64,000 bases of DNA, taken from Phoronis australis. Taxonomy: Eukaryota; Animalia; Phoronida. The translations under genes were made by a program, and so were the position numbers. Positions 12,401 through 25,267 of the stretch are shown piece by piece. Each line of letters begins with the position of its first letter. Within the stretch, counting starts at the first letter, position 1. Where the stretch lies: contig NMRA01000375.1 of NCBI GenBank assembly GCA_002633005.1, positions 136,241-200,240 on the forward strand. The letters run 5' to 3'. The notes beneath the pieces were generated by a model. That model saw only the letters and a program-made list of their open reading frames with translations. It searched no databases and was not told the origin of the DNA.

Positions 12401-14142
12401 GTGTTTCATGAAATGGATCCCTGGTGTTGTATTAATGGCTGTACTAGTGTTGACCATTTTCTCCCCAACAGATTGGGGGTACTTATGCCCGCCCTTGTAT
12501 TATGCCTCCCAATGTGGGCATTGGTGCTATTGGAAAAATACAGGTAAGTGGGTCATAATTCTCAGGTGCGCTTAGTGCCATAATACAGACTTATGATATC
12601 TGGTGTGTTACACTATAACTGTGGTGTACTCTAATGTATTGTTACTCGAAAGAATTAGTGGGTGTTTGTGGCAAAGAAATACCCTGATTAGAGTTCTTTT
12701 AGCCAAAGGTGTACTCTGTTGAGAGTTTGTGCATGAAAAGTTTCTATACGCACTCCAACTATTTTTTGAAATTGATTATTGCACATTTCCTGTTTAGTTG
12801 CAGTTTTGCTGCAGTTAAACACTTGCAATCTTAATTGAATAGAAACATTATTTGTTTAAATTTAGTTGCTGCATTATGTTGGAAGCATCACACTGACCAC
12901 ACTTAAGTCATGAATTGAGAAATATACGGTTAGGCTTATTTTCTGACTTTTGTCTCCATCACGTCAAGAATCTTCAGAAAATTCAAACATCTACCAGAAT
13001 TTGTTTGAGGAAGACTTTAATCAACGTCTTGTAGAGTTGTTTTATCACTCGTCATCAGACAATGCATTCAATCGATATCAACGGCTCAACAATTATGTAA
13101 CTTAACAACATCAAAGGTCACCATGGTGACCCATCTCCTGATCACCACTTCTTTAATTCCACTTTTAGAGCCCAGGAAGTGTACTTACTGGTTATGACTT
13201 GCATTGACTTATAATTAACTAAAACATTTGTGGTAAATTTTTTTTAATCACGTTGTTACCATATTTCATTTACCGCAATGCATATAGCTGTGAATTCAGT
13301 TTCTCAAAAATAAGATAAAATAAGGTGACGGAGATAGTTTGAGAGCTCTATGTATAACACGAAAAATCTTTCAAGTACTGTGTTGTGATTGGCTGCTTTC
13401 CTAAGTGCATCCGAGACTCGATTCTTGGTATAACGTTAACACGCCAAACGTGACCTAGCAAAACCCGCAGGTCCCCAAAAGAGAACTAAGGTCGCCAAAC
13501 CCCGTTAGCAAGAGTTGAAGATGAAACAAATGACATGCCTGAAGTGAAAAACTGACGATCTTGGCAGATCACCCAGACGTTGTTATATCAGCATTACTAG
13601 TCATAAATGACACGTTCCATTATTTGCCAAACAGCCCCAACTTCTGACTGTTTACTTTCTGTAGTATTTTGAGTGTATGCTCGAATGTGTGTGTGTGTGT
13701 GTGGCGACCTGGGATTTTTATCGGTTGACAAACAATATATGAGGTAAAAAATCGAGCCCTGGCATCCCAAAATCTGTGGAAACAGTCATAACTTGGACAA
13801 CTGCTAATTAGCATATTGTTAAATAGGGATCATGACATTTGTCAGGGTCGGTTTGGATCAAAAATGGTGTTTGGTATCAACTCAAATCATATTCGAAGGC
13901 AGTATTTTTTAATATTGAACTGTATTTTCTGTTTTGCGGCTTATTCTAGAAAAATTTGTTCAATTTCATTTCAGGCACTTCCTCGCTTTGATGAAGATGA
14001 TAATGTAATTAAGGCACACATCATGCAAGTTAGCTGGGCAGCTGACCATCGCGTGATAGATGGCGCTACAATCACACGATTCTCCAACCTGTGGAAGTCG
14101 TACCTGGAAAAGCCAGGTGTCATGTTGATGGATATGAAGTAA
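3444..14142 (+). CDS. DBT: Dihydrolipoamide branched-chain transacylase (BCKDH E2), mitochondrial; complete, 11 exons, ~490 aa
   Basis: Exons 3444-3500, 3873-3978, 4282-4357, 5476-5660, 7515-7654, 8620-8719 (alternative donor 8704), 9231-9535, 10147-10224, 10607-10798, 12472-12543, 13975-14142; total 1479 nt, in frame. Basic transit peptide; lipoyl domain [10 protein letters not shown]...[18 protein letters not shown]; subunit-binding LATPAVRR...[13 protein letters not shown]; catalytic [10 protein letters not shown] and [11 protein letters not shown]. Confidence 0.97.
10850..11335 (-). repeat. Old interspersed repeat family A, copy 2 (DBT intron 9)
   Basis: Reverse complement resembles 1260-1745 and 18290-18600 (e.g. 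GTCACGTGACTATGTC...TTTAGCAAAAA; AAAAACATTTCCTAACAGCGTTTTGG). Confidence 0.5.
11361..11772. mobile_element. Degenerate palindromic MITE
   Basis: Inverted arms: CACTTGATGACCC (~11518-11530) vs GGGTCATCAAGTG (~11616-11628); CCGAGCA...CTTGAGTTTC vs GAAACTCAAG...TGCTCGG; weaker outer arms ending CAGG...CCCTG. Confidence 0.55.
12150..12425. mobile_element. Degenerate MITE with terminal inverted repeats
   Basis: Left TCATGAAA...TTAAGACTT.TAAG.CAGAAATT is the reverse complement of right AATTTCTGTCTTAAGTCTTAA...TTTCATGA. Confidence 0.45.
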
Positions 14143-16010
14143 TAACAAACTGTTGAGCTTCTATTCCGAAGGACAGTGGTGCATCTGTACATACTGTATA
14201 TTGTAACTATGCGCAACTACTGGTACTCGAGCCAACTTAAAAGGTGGTCATATGGTTTAAGGTGGTTTCCACGGATTGTCCACCATACGGTTGTGGCTCT
14301 GTTTGGAAATGAGTGGATGGAAGAAGACTAGAAAATGTCATTCAGTTGTCATGTCAATTGTTACTAACTTTGTACTAGTGTTCAGTTGGTATTCCACTTG
14401 GTAAGCACTCATATCTCAAGCTTTCCATTACTTTTGCTGGACTTGCCAATGTTAACATTCTTCCACAGCTGAGTTTTTTTTAGGAATTGCATTTCCCTGA
14501 CTGTTGCTAAATCAATTTCAATGATTTGTAGAACATAGGGAGCAATCCCTGAAAACGTTCTAAAATTATATGCTGGCGGACAATTATGAAAAACTCAGGG
14601 TAAAATGCACACTTTGTTTTATATTTTAAAATTATGACGTCATATGCTGAGGCTGGTAATTGCCAGATGAAAAAACACTTCGGGTTCAATAGATGATTTT
14701 GGTTGAGATTAATAACTGGTGACTCCGGTACGTAGCTCGTCTTACATCTGGCATTTCAAACTCAGATCCTTAATCAGAAGTGCTTTCAATTTGAGTTGAA
14801 TAAACCTTGACGAAGAACAGTTTAAAGGCTACCCATCAATCACAATTTGAAAAGTAAGCGATCGACTAAAATTTTATTAAAAAACAATTTCTTTAAATTG
14901 CCTTTCATTCCTGATTTTTTTATAAAACAGACACCAGACTTTTCCATGCATTGTATGCATATATCATATTCATAAGGCTTCTAATGGGATCAAAAGTGCA
15001 TCAATGCATGCCACCTGTTGGCTAAAACGGTGTTTTCAGGTAACTCCAAAAGTGAAATAGCTGGATTATAGCAACTTGCTGTAGTCATCACTGACACACA
15101 TCAACTAAATCTAAGTCAGGTGGTGTGAATCTACCAGGTTCTTTATTAATAGAATGCGTTACGGGTTATTTGAGAGGATTTGTCTATCATGTATGTGACC
15201 TCTGAGATCACAATGAATGTTGAACCTATTTAAATATTCAAGCATGAAAGATGACTCGAAAGGTGTCGTTATCCCTGTTCTTTTATCTACCTTGGTTAAA
15301 CCTTACGTTACCAGGTATTTAAGTTTCTGAAGGAGATATATGATCACTAATTAAAGGCTTGACCAGGAAGTCAGAACACTTAGCCACTTGAACCACAAGG
15401 TCATATTTTACATCCAGCCAATGTTAACGATGGTACCCAGGTGTGGGAACATCTGCGATTTGTTTGCAATTTTGTGGAATTTGACAATGCCATGCTTATA
15501 TCCTTTGGAGGGGTTGGTTATGAAGCTCTTGTTTTTATTTTGAATCTCCTTGTCAAAAATGTTACATTCATGGTTGAAACAAATTTTTCTGCGGTAGCTA
15601 ATAAAGAAATGTGGTGTCTTTGGTCCAAAAATGTAATGTTGATTTACAAATACAGTGAAAGCATAATTATGTTAAATATTTTGTCTGGTTTATTTTATTC
15701 CAGCATCTGCAGACATCATTGTCATAGAAACTGTGCACTTGGTGGCAGAAACTAGTCTATCATTAGTATGAAATTCATCCAAACTTGGGGGCTAATAATT
15801 GGCGGATTTAGGGATCCCCATGGCCCACCACAGACACAACCTAAACAAACTAACGCTCAGTATTGGCCAACCACCAGTGCTACACGGAACAAGGAGTGTT
15901 TGGTCATATGTTTTGGAAAAAATGGACTCCCAGTTATGGTATCCTGTATAAACCCCACATGCCATTTTAGGGCTTTTGCTGAGAATTTTCTGCAAAAGTT
16001 GTACAATTGT

Positions 16011-16250
16011 GGGGCTTGGAACTTTCCTCTTCTAAGAGGAATTCCTCTATTTTGGCTTTGATTTCCTCTTATTTGATTTCTTGTTTCCTCTTTATATCTT
16101 TACTTTGAATTTATTGGTGCAAAAATGTTCATTTCATTTACATTTTACAACACAAAAAAATATTTCTTTCACACAAGCCCATTTATTAGTGGAACCATGC
16201 ATTACATGGAAAATTATCATCTCTTTTGTCATTGGTCACTCCAAGCCCTG
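16011..16250. mobile_element. Small MITE with GGGCTTGGA...TCCAAGCCC termini (duplicated at ~17353-17591; related right end at ~405-418)
   Basis: Short terminal inverted repeats plus internal TTTCCTCT repeats; no clear target-site duplication. Confidence 0.4.
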
Positions 16251-16612
16251 AGTAGGTAAACGTTATAATTGTTAATGCATAAGATTTTACATAGTTCTTC
16301 TGCCGACTGACATCACTTCGGTATACATTGTGGCAATAGTTACTTTCAGGGGTCCTGGGTTTTGAGAATCATTTTGATGTCTACTATTCAATTGATACTA
16401 ATAACGTGACCTTAGTCTCCTGCACAGACTCAATGACGAGAATGAGCTTTCCGTGACGTCAGCTTGTGAGGCCCGGGAAACAGGCGTAACGTGACCTTAA
16501 GTAGTTTGACATTCGTATTTGCTAAGTTTGTTTGCCTAAAAGGGGGATGTCATATATGGAGGTCGTAACCCTGTGTTGACCCCTGACCTCGGTTACTGTT
16601 CCTGTAATGCAT

Positions 16613-17056
16613 TACGGTAAAGTCGCGTGATTTTCGGACGGCCCGCCATTTTCGACCAAGAATAAATATTTCCGAAATGAGTTATTCATAGTCCACGAAA
16701 TTCGTACATGGTCAAAAAATGTTTTTCAACGATCCTCAAATTTCGGACAATGTCATAAACGTCGGATTTTTGTCCCGCGACTTTCGGACAAGGAAAATTT
16801 TTAGAAACGGTAATTTGGGATCGACGCAACTCCCGTGTCACTAAAGCGTTCAACGGATGATTACTACTGTATACGGCTTCAGTCCGAGAATCGGTATAAC
16901 GGGTTTGTAATTTTTACCTTGTCTTGACGATGTCAGGACCGTTACTCGATTGTCTTGCGTTTAGCTTGTGTCTGGCGCTTTAGCTATGAAAAGAATCACC
17001 GAGTTCCGCATGACGAAAATTTCTGATGAAAATACAAATAGGAAATACACCGAAGG
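16613..17056. mobile_element. Left arm of a TA-flanked Tc1/mariner-pogo-like non-autonomous DNA transposon
   Basis: TACGGTAAAGTCGCGTGATTTTCGGAC (16613-16639) is the perfect 27-nt reverse complement of 21559-21585; subterminal TTCGGAC repeats; CpG-rich; ends at the N at 17057. Confidence 0.7.
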
Positions 17057-19970
17057 NATTGTCATAGAAACTGTGCACTTGGTGGCAGAAACTAGTCTAT
17101 CATTAGTATGAAATTCATCCAAACTTGGGGGCTAATAATTGGCGGATTTAGGGATCCCCATGGACCACCACAGACACAACCTAAACAAAACTAACGCTCC
17201 AGTATTGGCCAACCGCCAGTGCTGCAGGGAACAAGGAGTGTTTGGTCATATGTTTTGGAAAAAATGGACTCCCAGTTATGGTATCCTGTATAAACCCCAC
17301 ATGCCATTTTAGGGCTTTTGCTGAGATTTTTCTGCAAAAGTTGTACAATAGTGGGGCTTGGAATTTTCCTCTTCTAAGAGGATTTCCTCTTTTTTGGCTT
17401 TGATTTCCTCTTATTTGATTTCTCGTTTCCTCTTAATATCGTTACTTTGAATTTATTGGTGCAAAAATGTTCATTTCATTTACATTTTACAACACAAAAA
17501 ATATTTCTTTCACACAAGCCCATTTATTAGTGGAACCATGCATTACATGGAAAATTATCATCTCTTTTGTCATTGGTCACTCCAAGCCCTGAGTAGGTAA
17601 ACGTTATTGATAATGCGTAAGATTTTACATAGTTCTTCTGCCGACTGACATCACTTCGGTAGACATTGTGGCAATAGTTACTTACAGGGGTCCTGGGTTT
17701 TGAGAATCATTTTGATGTCTACTATTCAATTGATACTAATAACGTGACCTTAGTCTCCTGCACAGACTCAATGACGAGAATGAGCTTTCCGCGACGTCAG
17801 CTTGTGAGGCCCGGGAACCAGGCGTAACGTGACACTTTCTGTATTCGTTTCTTTGCTTCCGCCGATTTACCAGAAACACAGAGTGGGTCTTCACATTCCA
17901 AAAATCTTTGAAATAGGCACATTACGAACCGGTATTTTTTATTTGTGTTTTACTGTTGTTCCTAAATGCTGGAGTGTTATTCATCTCTGGCTGTTATTTC
18001 GCTTGCCCACCACTCTTGAAAATCGAGCATTCTATGACTACGTTTAAAACTGCATTTCGCCATGTTCATTTGGTCAAAAAACCATAAATCGAATTGGACT
18101 CTCATCATATCGGTCTCGTAATATTCATCTGCACCAACTGCCACTGCCAGTCACGGTGACTGGACCATGTAGTGCTGTCGGTTTTTTTAAGCCAATGCCG
18201 CGGTAGGCCTATGGGTAAATCTTCGGTCAGTGACGTCTTGTGATAGACCAATATCATATAGAGGCCTGCTTATTTTTCTAAACCTACCTGTAGTTCAAGG
18301 TTATCTTAGACCTATCGACTAGTCAGTGTATGTAGTCAAATATCTGCCTCCGCAAACAGTAATGACAAAGTATATAATTATCTTCTGTTTTATGCAACAT
18401 TTGATTTTTTCATAAAATTTACAAAAATCCTGTTTTTGATAGTCCTTGATCATGCAAAAGTGGAACATTTTAAAGACAATTCTTAACAGCGTTTTGGGAT
18501 TGAGAACAATGAATCTATGGAACCTAAAAGTTTCATTTAAATGCGTTCTGCCGTCGTTCCGAAGTTAGCCAAATTTAGTCATTTTCCGAGAGTCCTACAG
18601 ATATCACACTTATCCATGTCACGTTATCGCCTTTTCTGCTTAATGGTTTATATAAATACGTAATTCTTAATAGTTTAGGTAATAATTTAAGTTTAGCCAG
18701 GTTAAGTTATTTGGCCATTCTTTGACACTAAAATGACCAGAGTGAAAATTGCATAACTTGTAAACGTTTCCGGCACACCATCTTCAATCATGTCAGTGAT
18801 ACCCTGTGGTCACTTACAGCAGTAATACTTAATTTACTGGTGTTGTTATTTGCTGTTGTATATATCTATGAATGCTAGCGGTTTTTACAGAAGCATACAT
18901 TTCGCTGAGCAGAGCTCTCATCATTCTATTGTATACCCGTCTATTGTTCACATAATATTCATTTTGGGACTGATAAGTGTTGAAATCTCAGAATTTGGCT
19001 CAGTGGTCAGGTTGTTTTGATGACGGTGATACCCGGGTGGTCCAACAGTATATGCAGTTTCAGTTGAGGTACGGTTACTTCGACAGATATGTCACATGAC
19101 AACAAAAACATGTCTCTGCCGGGTTCCCACTATAGCAGGGATGCTTTAAAAATTTTGACAACATTATTTGTGTACTAGAAGTTTATCCAAGGAAACGCTC
19201 CATTTTTTAATTCAACATAAAGACTGCCGAATATCGATAAGAAACAGTGGGTGATTTATACGAAAGTCCTTGGCTATTTTTATAGTCATTTCTGGTTAGA
19301 CTCATTGTCTTTTTTAATCCAAGTCGGTGTCAAATGAATCTGTCAGGTTTGTCTGCACCACCTTAAAATGGTATAAAACACATGCAAATTTAATGGTTTA
19401 TAGTGTGAGCTTGGACTGACCAACCCGGTGTACGTTCGTTCTGGGGTTTTATCCGACATCTGTGCTTCTCCCCTGCCATTTTACTTGTTCTGTTCACGAG
19501 CCTTTCTTGTTTTGATGGTTGACTACTAAATAAAAGCTTCCGCTAAATGTTCACTAAAAATCCATTGTCGTTTTCTATGACGATAAAAAACCACTTGCGG
19601 GAATTTAGAATTTATCCGATTATGAACAAGCGACTGAAAAAGAATAGGCCCCAGTATTACTGGCTTTTCCTAGCTGTTAAAATTTCGTTTCAGAAAGAAT
19701 TTTCGCCGCAGTTTCCAACGGAGGGTGGTCTATGCGTTTCAGGCGCACAGGCATTGCTTTTTTGTCAGGATTTGTCCCTTGCGTGCTATCGACAGCCGGA
19801 ACCAGTTGATGATTTTCAGTTACGGAGAGTGAGTTGTTGTCAGAGTCGGGAGGGTGTTGTCGTCTGCATAGTTGACCAGTGTAGATTTTTTTGACAAAAA
19901 GATGTTGACACTACTGTTCTGTTGTTAAGCAGCTTACTTTTTTAGTCCCACACATTTCATCACTGTATTT

Positions 19971-20432
19971 AAATATAAATCGGTAAATAAAACAACAAGA
20001 ATGGATCAACTGAAATTTGAAATTTTCGGAGGTAACAACTTCCTTTATCAACAAAAACAGAAATAAAGTAAAATCAAACACGAAATGACAATTGACATAT
20101 AAGATATGGTGTAATGAAAATGATACATTTTTGCGTAAAAAATTCAATGACATATTTTAAGTTTTTATGTTCAATCCATGAGGTTCTATTGTATTCAGTT
20201 TGTCTATCCAATATTGTTCTCTTTTAAGTCTGTGAGGGGTACTGGGGTGTTGGAGTTTTTCTATTATTTGTACAGAAAGATCTTGAATATTATGGTTTTT
20301 GGAATTGAAATGATTACCTACAGTATCAGAAATGTTTTTATGTATTATGTTAAATCTATGATTACGAAACCGAGTTTGTAGATTATGTTGAGTTTGTCCT
20401 ACGTATTGGATAGAACATTTTTTACAAGTTAT
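19971..20432 (-). mobile_element. Penelope-like retroelement, 3' end (GIY-YIG endonuclease C-terminal part plus 3' tail), truncated by the gap
   Basis: Open frame 20432-20157: ITCKKCSIQYVGQTQHNLQTRFRNH...VGNHF...RLKREQYWIDKLNTIEPHGLN, matching the PLE-type GIY-YIG pattern (CxxC, YVGQT, RFxxH, RExxWI, PxGLN). Confidence 0.85.
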
Positions 20433-21259
20433 NNNNNNNNNNNNNNNNNNNNNNNNNNNNNNNNNNNNNNNNNNNNNNNNNNNNNNNNNNNNNNNNNNNN
20501 NNNNNNNNNNNNNNNNNNNNNNNNNNNNNNNNNNNNNNNNNNNNNNNNNNNNNNNNNNNNNNNNNNNNNNNNNNNNNNNNNNNNNNNNNNNNNNNNNNNN
20601 NNNNNNNNNNNNNNNNNNNNNNNNNNNNNNNNNNNNNNNNNNNNNNNNNNNNNNNNNNNNNNNNNNNNNNNNNNNNNNNNNNNNNNNNNNNNNNNNNNNN
20701 NNNNNNNNNNNNNNNNNNNNNNNNNNNNNNNNNNNNNNNNNNNNNNNNNNNNNNNNNNNNNNNNNNNNNNNNNNNNNNNNNNNNNNNNNNNNNNNNNNNN
20801 NNNNNNNNNNNNNNNNNNNNNNNNNNNNNNNNNNNNNNNNNNNNNNNNNNNNNNNNNNNNNNNNNNNNNNNNNNNNNNNNNNNNNNNNNNNNNNNNNNNN
20901 NNNNNNNNNNNNNNNNNNNNNNNNNNNNNNNNNNNNNNNNNNNNNNNNNNNNNNNNNNNNNNNNNNNNNNNNNNNNNNNNNNNNNNNNNNNNNNNNNNNN
21001 NNNNNNNNNNNNNNNNNNNNNNNNNNNNNNNNNNNNNNNNNNNNNNNNNNNNNNNNNNNNNNNNNNNNNNNNNNNNNNNNNNNNNNNNNNNNNNNNNNNN
21101 NNNNNNNNNNNNNNNNNNNNNNNNNNNNNNNNNNNNNNNNNNNNNNNNNNNNNNNNNNNNNNNNNNNNNNNNNNNNNNNNNNNNNNNNNNNNNNNNNNNN
21201 NNNNNNNNNNNNNNNNNNNNNNNNNNNNNNNNNNNNNNNNNNNNNNNNNNNNNNNNNNN
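20433..21259. other. Assembly gap (N run)
   Basis: Continuous Ns. Confidence 1.
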
Positions 21260-21585
21260 CACTTGTTGGGAACGGTCTTTGTGCGTCGACGACGCACATT
21301 TCTTATTGGGAAAGCCAGATTTTCAAAAATTAATCGCTCAGACCATTTGAGTCTCATTTACCTGCAATTATACTGCTATCAAATGACCGAGCCAACATTG
21401 TTGATACTACGACAGCTCATCGAAATAATGTACACCCACGAAATTCGGACACTAGCGGAAACCCAAATTTGGAGGTCCGCCAAATTCGGACACCACAAAA
21501 TTATATTTCGCGAGATTCGTCCAAGAATGAATTTTTTCGATTGGAATTAATTTTCAGTGTCCGAAAATCACGCGACTTTACCGTA
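21260..21585. mobile_element. Right arm of the TA-flanked DNA transposon that begins at 16613
   Basis: Ends GTCCGAAAATCACGCGACTTTACCGTA; internal AAATTCGGACAC repeats. Confidence 0.7.
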
Positions 21586-23150
21586 GTTCTGATCTTAATA
21601 TAGCAGTTGAACATGTGACTCCGTCTCGTTTACATGCATACATGACAGTATACCCGTCTATTGTTCACATAATATTCATTTTGGGACTGATAGGTGTTGA
21701 AATCTCAGAATTTGGCTCAGTGGTCAGGTTGTTTTGATGACGGTGATACCCGGGTGGTCCAACAGTATATGCAGTTTCAGTTGAGGCACGGTTACTTCGA
21801 CAGATATGTCGCATGAGAACAAAAACATGTCTCTGCCGGGTTCCCACTATAGCAGGGATGCTTTAAAAATTTTGACAACATTATTTGTATACTAGAAGTT
21901 TATCCAAGGAAACGCTCCATTTTTTAATTCAACATAAAGACTCAGTGCCGAATGTCGATAAGACTAAACAGTGGGTGATTTTATACGAAAGTCCTTGGCT
22001 ATTTTTATAGTCATTTCTGGTTAGACTCATTGTCTTTAGTAATCCAAGTCGGTGTCAAATGAATCTCTCAGGTTTGTCTGCACCACCTTAAAATGGTATA
22101 AAACACATGCAAATTTAGATGGTTTATAGTGTGAGCTTGGGCTGACCAACCCGGCGTACGTTCGTTCTGTGGTTTTATCCGACATCTGTGCTTCTCCCCT
22201 GCCATTTTACTTGTTCTATTCACGAGCCTTTCTTGTTTTGATGGTTGACTACTAATTAAAAGCTTCTAAATGTTCACTAAAAATCCATTGTCGTTTTCTA
22301 TGACGATAGAAAACCACTTGCGGGAATTTAGAATTTATCCAATTATGAACATGCGACTGAAAAAGAATAGGCCCCAGTATTACTGGCTTTTCCTAGCTGT
22401 TAAAATTTCGTTTCAGAAAGAATTTCCGCCGCAGTTTCCAACGGAGGGTGGTCTATGCGTTCAGGCGCCGCACAGGCATTGCTTTTTTGTCAGGATTTGT
22501 CCCTTGCGTGCTATCGACAACCGGAACCAGTTGATGATTTTCAGTTACGGAGAGTGGGTTGTTGTCAGAGTCGAGAGGGTGTTGTCGTCTACATAATTGA
22601 CCAGTGTAGATTTTTTTGACAAAAAAGATGTTGTCACTGTTGCTCAGTTGTTAAGCAGCTTACTTTTTTTAGTCCCACACATTTCATCACTGTATTTCGG
22701 ATATGAACAACTGCATGTTTTACCTAGGACCAATATCAATGTATATTATTCCCAGGTTTTACTGAGAGAGTCTTGCCTGAAGCCACTCAGTCTCGCTCAT
22801 TTTCCAGGTTACGTAAATTCAAATTCAATAAAGGCTTTGTGTTCGGCATTGCGTTGAAGTTACACAAGTGTGTGACATAACCCGCTCTCTTGATAGGTTG
22901 AATATTATGTCACTGAGCTGTATAAGCCGCCCTCTGGCGAAGCATTACCAAACTACGTCTTTAAAAAAATCAAATTTTTCCTCAATATGGCTTAGTCTGA
23001 ACGTAGTATGTTTTTTCATGTGGCAGAAAACATCAATTAAAATGTTTTTTCTGTTGTTATTGATGATATTTTTTAACTTTACCGTGCACTATTTTTCATC
23101 AAATTACTACACCTGCAGTGTTTACGTAAATCATCATTCGTCTTGTGCAG

Positions 23151-23223
23151 GAGTGCAACACAGAAAAAATATTTGGAAATGGAATGAAGTTTGCTCAAAG
23201 AAACACATCGGAAACGTGATCAA
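23151..23223 (+). other. Candidate non-coding 5' UTR exon of the ABCA gene
   Basis: Purine-rich segment between TTGTGCAG and a CAA|GTGAGT donor. The first coding exon has an acceptor (TTTGTAG, 25250) 17 nt before the ATG, so an upstream UTR exon is expected. No transcript evidence. Confidence 0.25.
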
Positions 23224-25267
23224 GTGAGTTAAATATGAATTACAGGTTTGACAGCCTTTTAATATATTTGTTCACAAAGGCTTGATTTTCTTTGTCAAGC
23301 TGATTTTTAGATTAGCTTGAGTTTTGATCGGCTGTGTAGAGCTCTGATTGTACCTGCGGCTGTCACTGTCAGTATCAAGAATATCAGTCTGGTATCTTTG
23401 TCTCAGGTAGCGAAAATGGTCTGGATTATGGAGGTCATGTGTTACCTAATTTCAACATGATTGAAACATAAAGTGTGCTGGGTGAACTATCCAAATAGTT
23501 AGATTGCATGAGTGATTGTGAAATGCCATTACACAGAGTTGGATGACATGCAGAATTTTATTTGTTGGCCTATGCAAGTACAATGCTTGTAGTTGTAGTG
23601 TGTAAATCAAAAAGTCCATTGGATGGATATGGCGATGTGGCCTCAAGACTCGATAATAGACCAGTATTTTGATAGACAATATGCAGTTCTGTACGGAGCT
23701 GTGGATCAAATACAGCTTAAAATCGTCAGCAGAATCTTGTGGCTGTCAGGATTTGAATGCAGTATTTTGTGGTTACTTGTAGATATATTTGAGCATATAA
23801 CTCATGATGTGTTCACAAGTTCCAAACGAAGGATTTTGATTGACAGGATTGCATAGTGTGTGTCCATTTAATGCCAGGACTTTTGTCATTGTCTGCATGA
23901 AGATTGGTGCATTATTGCCAGTGGTGTTGTCATGACCGGAATCACACACAGATTTCCTCAGCTTTTGATCGTCCCCTTATTGGATTGGAGACAATCAGAA
24001 GCTGAAGATGCATGTGGAATTACTTATCACTGTCACGAGGAATATGTTAAGGCAATAAGACTTTCTTGTGGCATAATTTACCAATACTGCAACATATCCA
24101 TCAGGCATGTAGTTCTCTGGTCTCCTTTTCGTGTCGTTCATGTTTCTCATGTTATTTGTAATTGGTACAGGTTGCTTTTTTCAATTTTTTCTCAACCACA
24201 TTATGTGTAGTAGACCTTCCAATGCCAGCAAAGTACGCGTTACTGCTGTGCTGTTGGTTGGAATTCTGGCAGCAGAAAGTTGGATAAACTTAAGAAGTAT
24301 CGGTTGAATGGCGTGGATGCATTTGTTTTCCAACATGATTCCTAGAATTCGACAAACATTGTTTAGCCGAGGCCTATTTACTAAGGCAGTTCCCTTCGTC
24401 CAGGAAAAAGGAGATTGAAAAACATCACACCAGCTTAATTTTGTTACATATAATGTGTGATATATACTGCTAAGTTTGTTGAACCATCCAGATAGTTAAA
24501 ACTATTCGAAACCCATAAAAATTGACCAATTAAAACAGTTAAGTGTTGGTGACGTCGTTGTCTTTGAAGTAATCGTAAGGTAGTGCTGCATGATGTATCC
24601 CGAGCACCCTTGGACTTCTTAATCTGGCAATTTTAGAACATTTACATGTGATAATTTACTTAAAAGTCATCGATGATTCGAGCAAATATTTAAGAAAATA
24701 TTAGCAATGACACTGCCTTTTTTGTTGACGACAGCAGTGGCCCCTGATGATAACTTTGATGAAATGGAAATTGACAGTTCGCACATCGCATCGTCGACGA
24801 CTCAATGTCAAATCCTCCTGTTCACTGCGAAGTTATCTGGCGCTGGATTGAAATTAACAGTACATACTGACCACAACTCCCCAAAACGTTGCATCGACAT
24901 TAGTATGATAGGACCAATGGACACCATATTCTGTAGTCCCAGCTCAACATTTGACAATGGATCCCTAAGCTCAATGGTCCTCTGTTGTAAAAATGGTAAA
25001 ACTAATTGTATGGTCACATGATCCAGTGTAAAGTTTAAAATCAATATTTCTACAGGTTTTGTGGCGAAATACGCACAGTTGTCTAAAAGGTCGTACATTT
25101 TAACTAACCCTTCATGTCGCCTATTGTTATTCAGCTCAAGCAGGTTGCAGTATGGAACTTGACTTATGCAGTGAGATTCTTTGAACTGCATTTTGAGGCT
25201 GAATTTCGGATTGTTTTAGTTTTTAATTGAAAATTTTCTTTAATTTGTAGAGATATACGCAGAAGTC

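Larger units (their letters stand above)
15718..17833 (+). repeat. Near-identical ~780-bp direct duplication (15718-16495 vs 17058-17833), probably allelic copies
   Basis: Copies differ by scattered SNPs and small indels; second copy starts immediately after the single N at 17057. Confidence 0.9.
18931..22697 (+). repeat. Near-identical ~1.04-kb direct duplication (18931-19970 vs 21648-22697) flanking the gap, probably allelic copies
   Basis: Both copies begin GTATACCCGTCTATTGTTCAC and end CATCACTGTATTT; they differ by SNPs and short indels. Confidence 0.9.

Noticed and set aside
20157-21357. Long 277-380 aa ORFs in the ORF track
   Set aside because: They read through the N gap; only 20157-20432 (GIY-YIG) has real coding signal.
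19547-22596. Paired ORFs MFTKNPLSFSMT... (19547-19894 and 22270-22596) as a duplicated gene
   Set aside because: They lie in the allelic duplication, shift frame relative to each other, and show no recognisable domain or splice structure.
24707-25191. Overlapping 104-aa and 127-aa ORFs upstream of the ABCA start
   Set aside because: No recognisable domain or splice signals; likely chance ORFs in the 5' intron.
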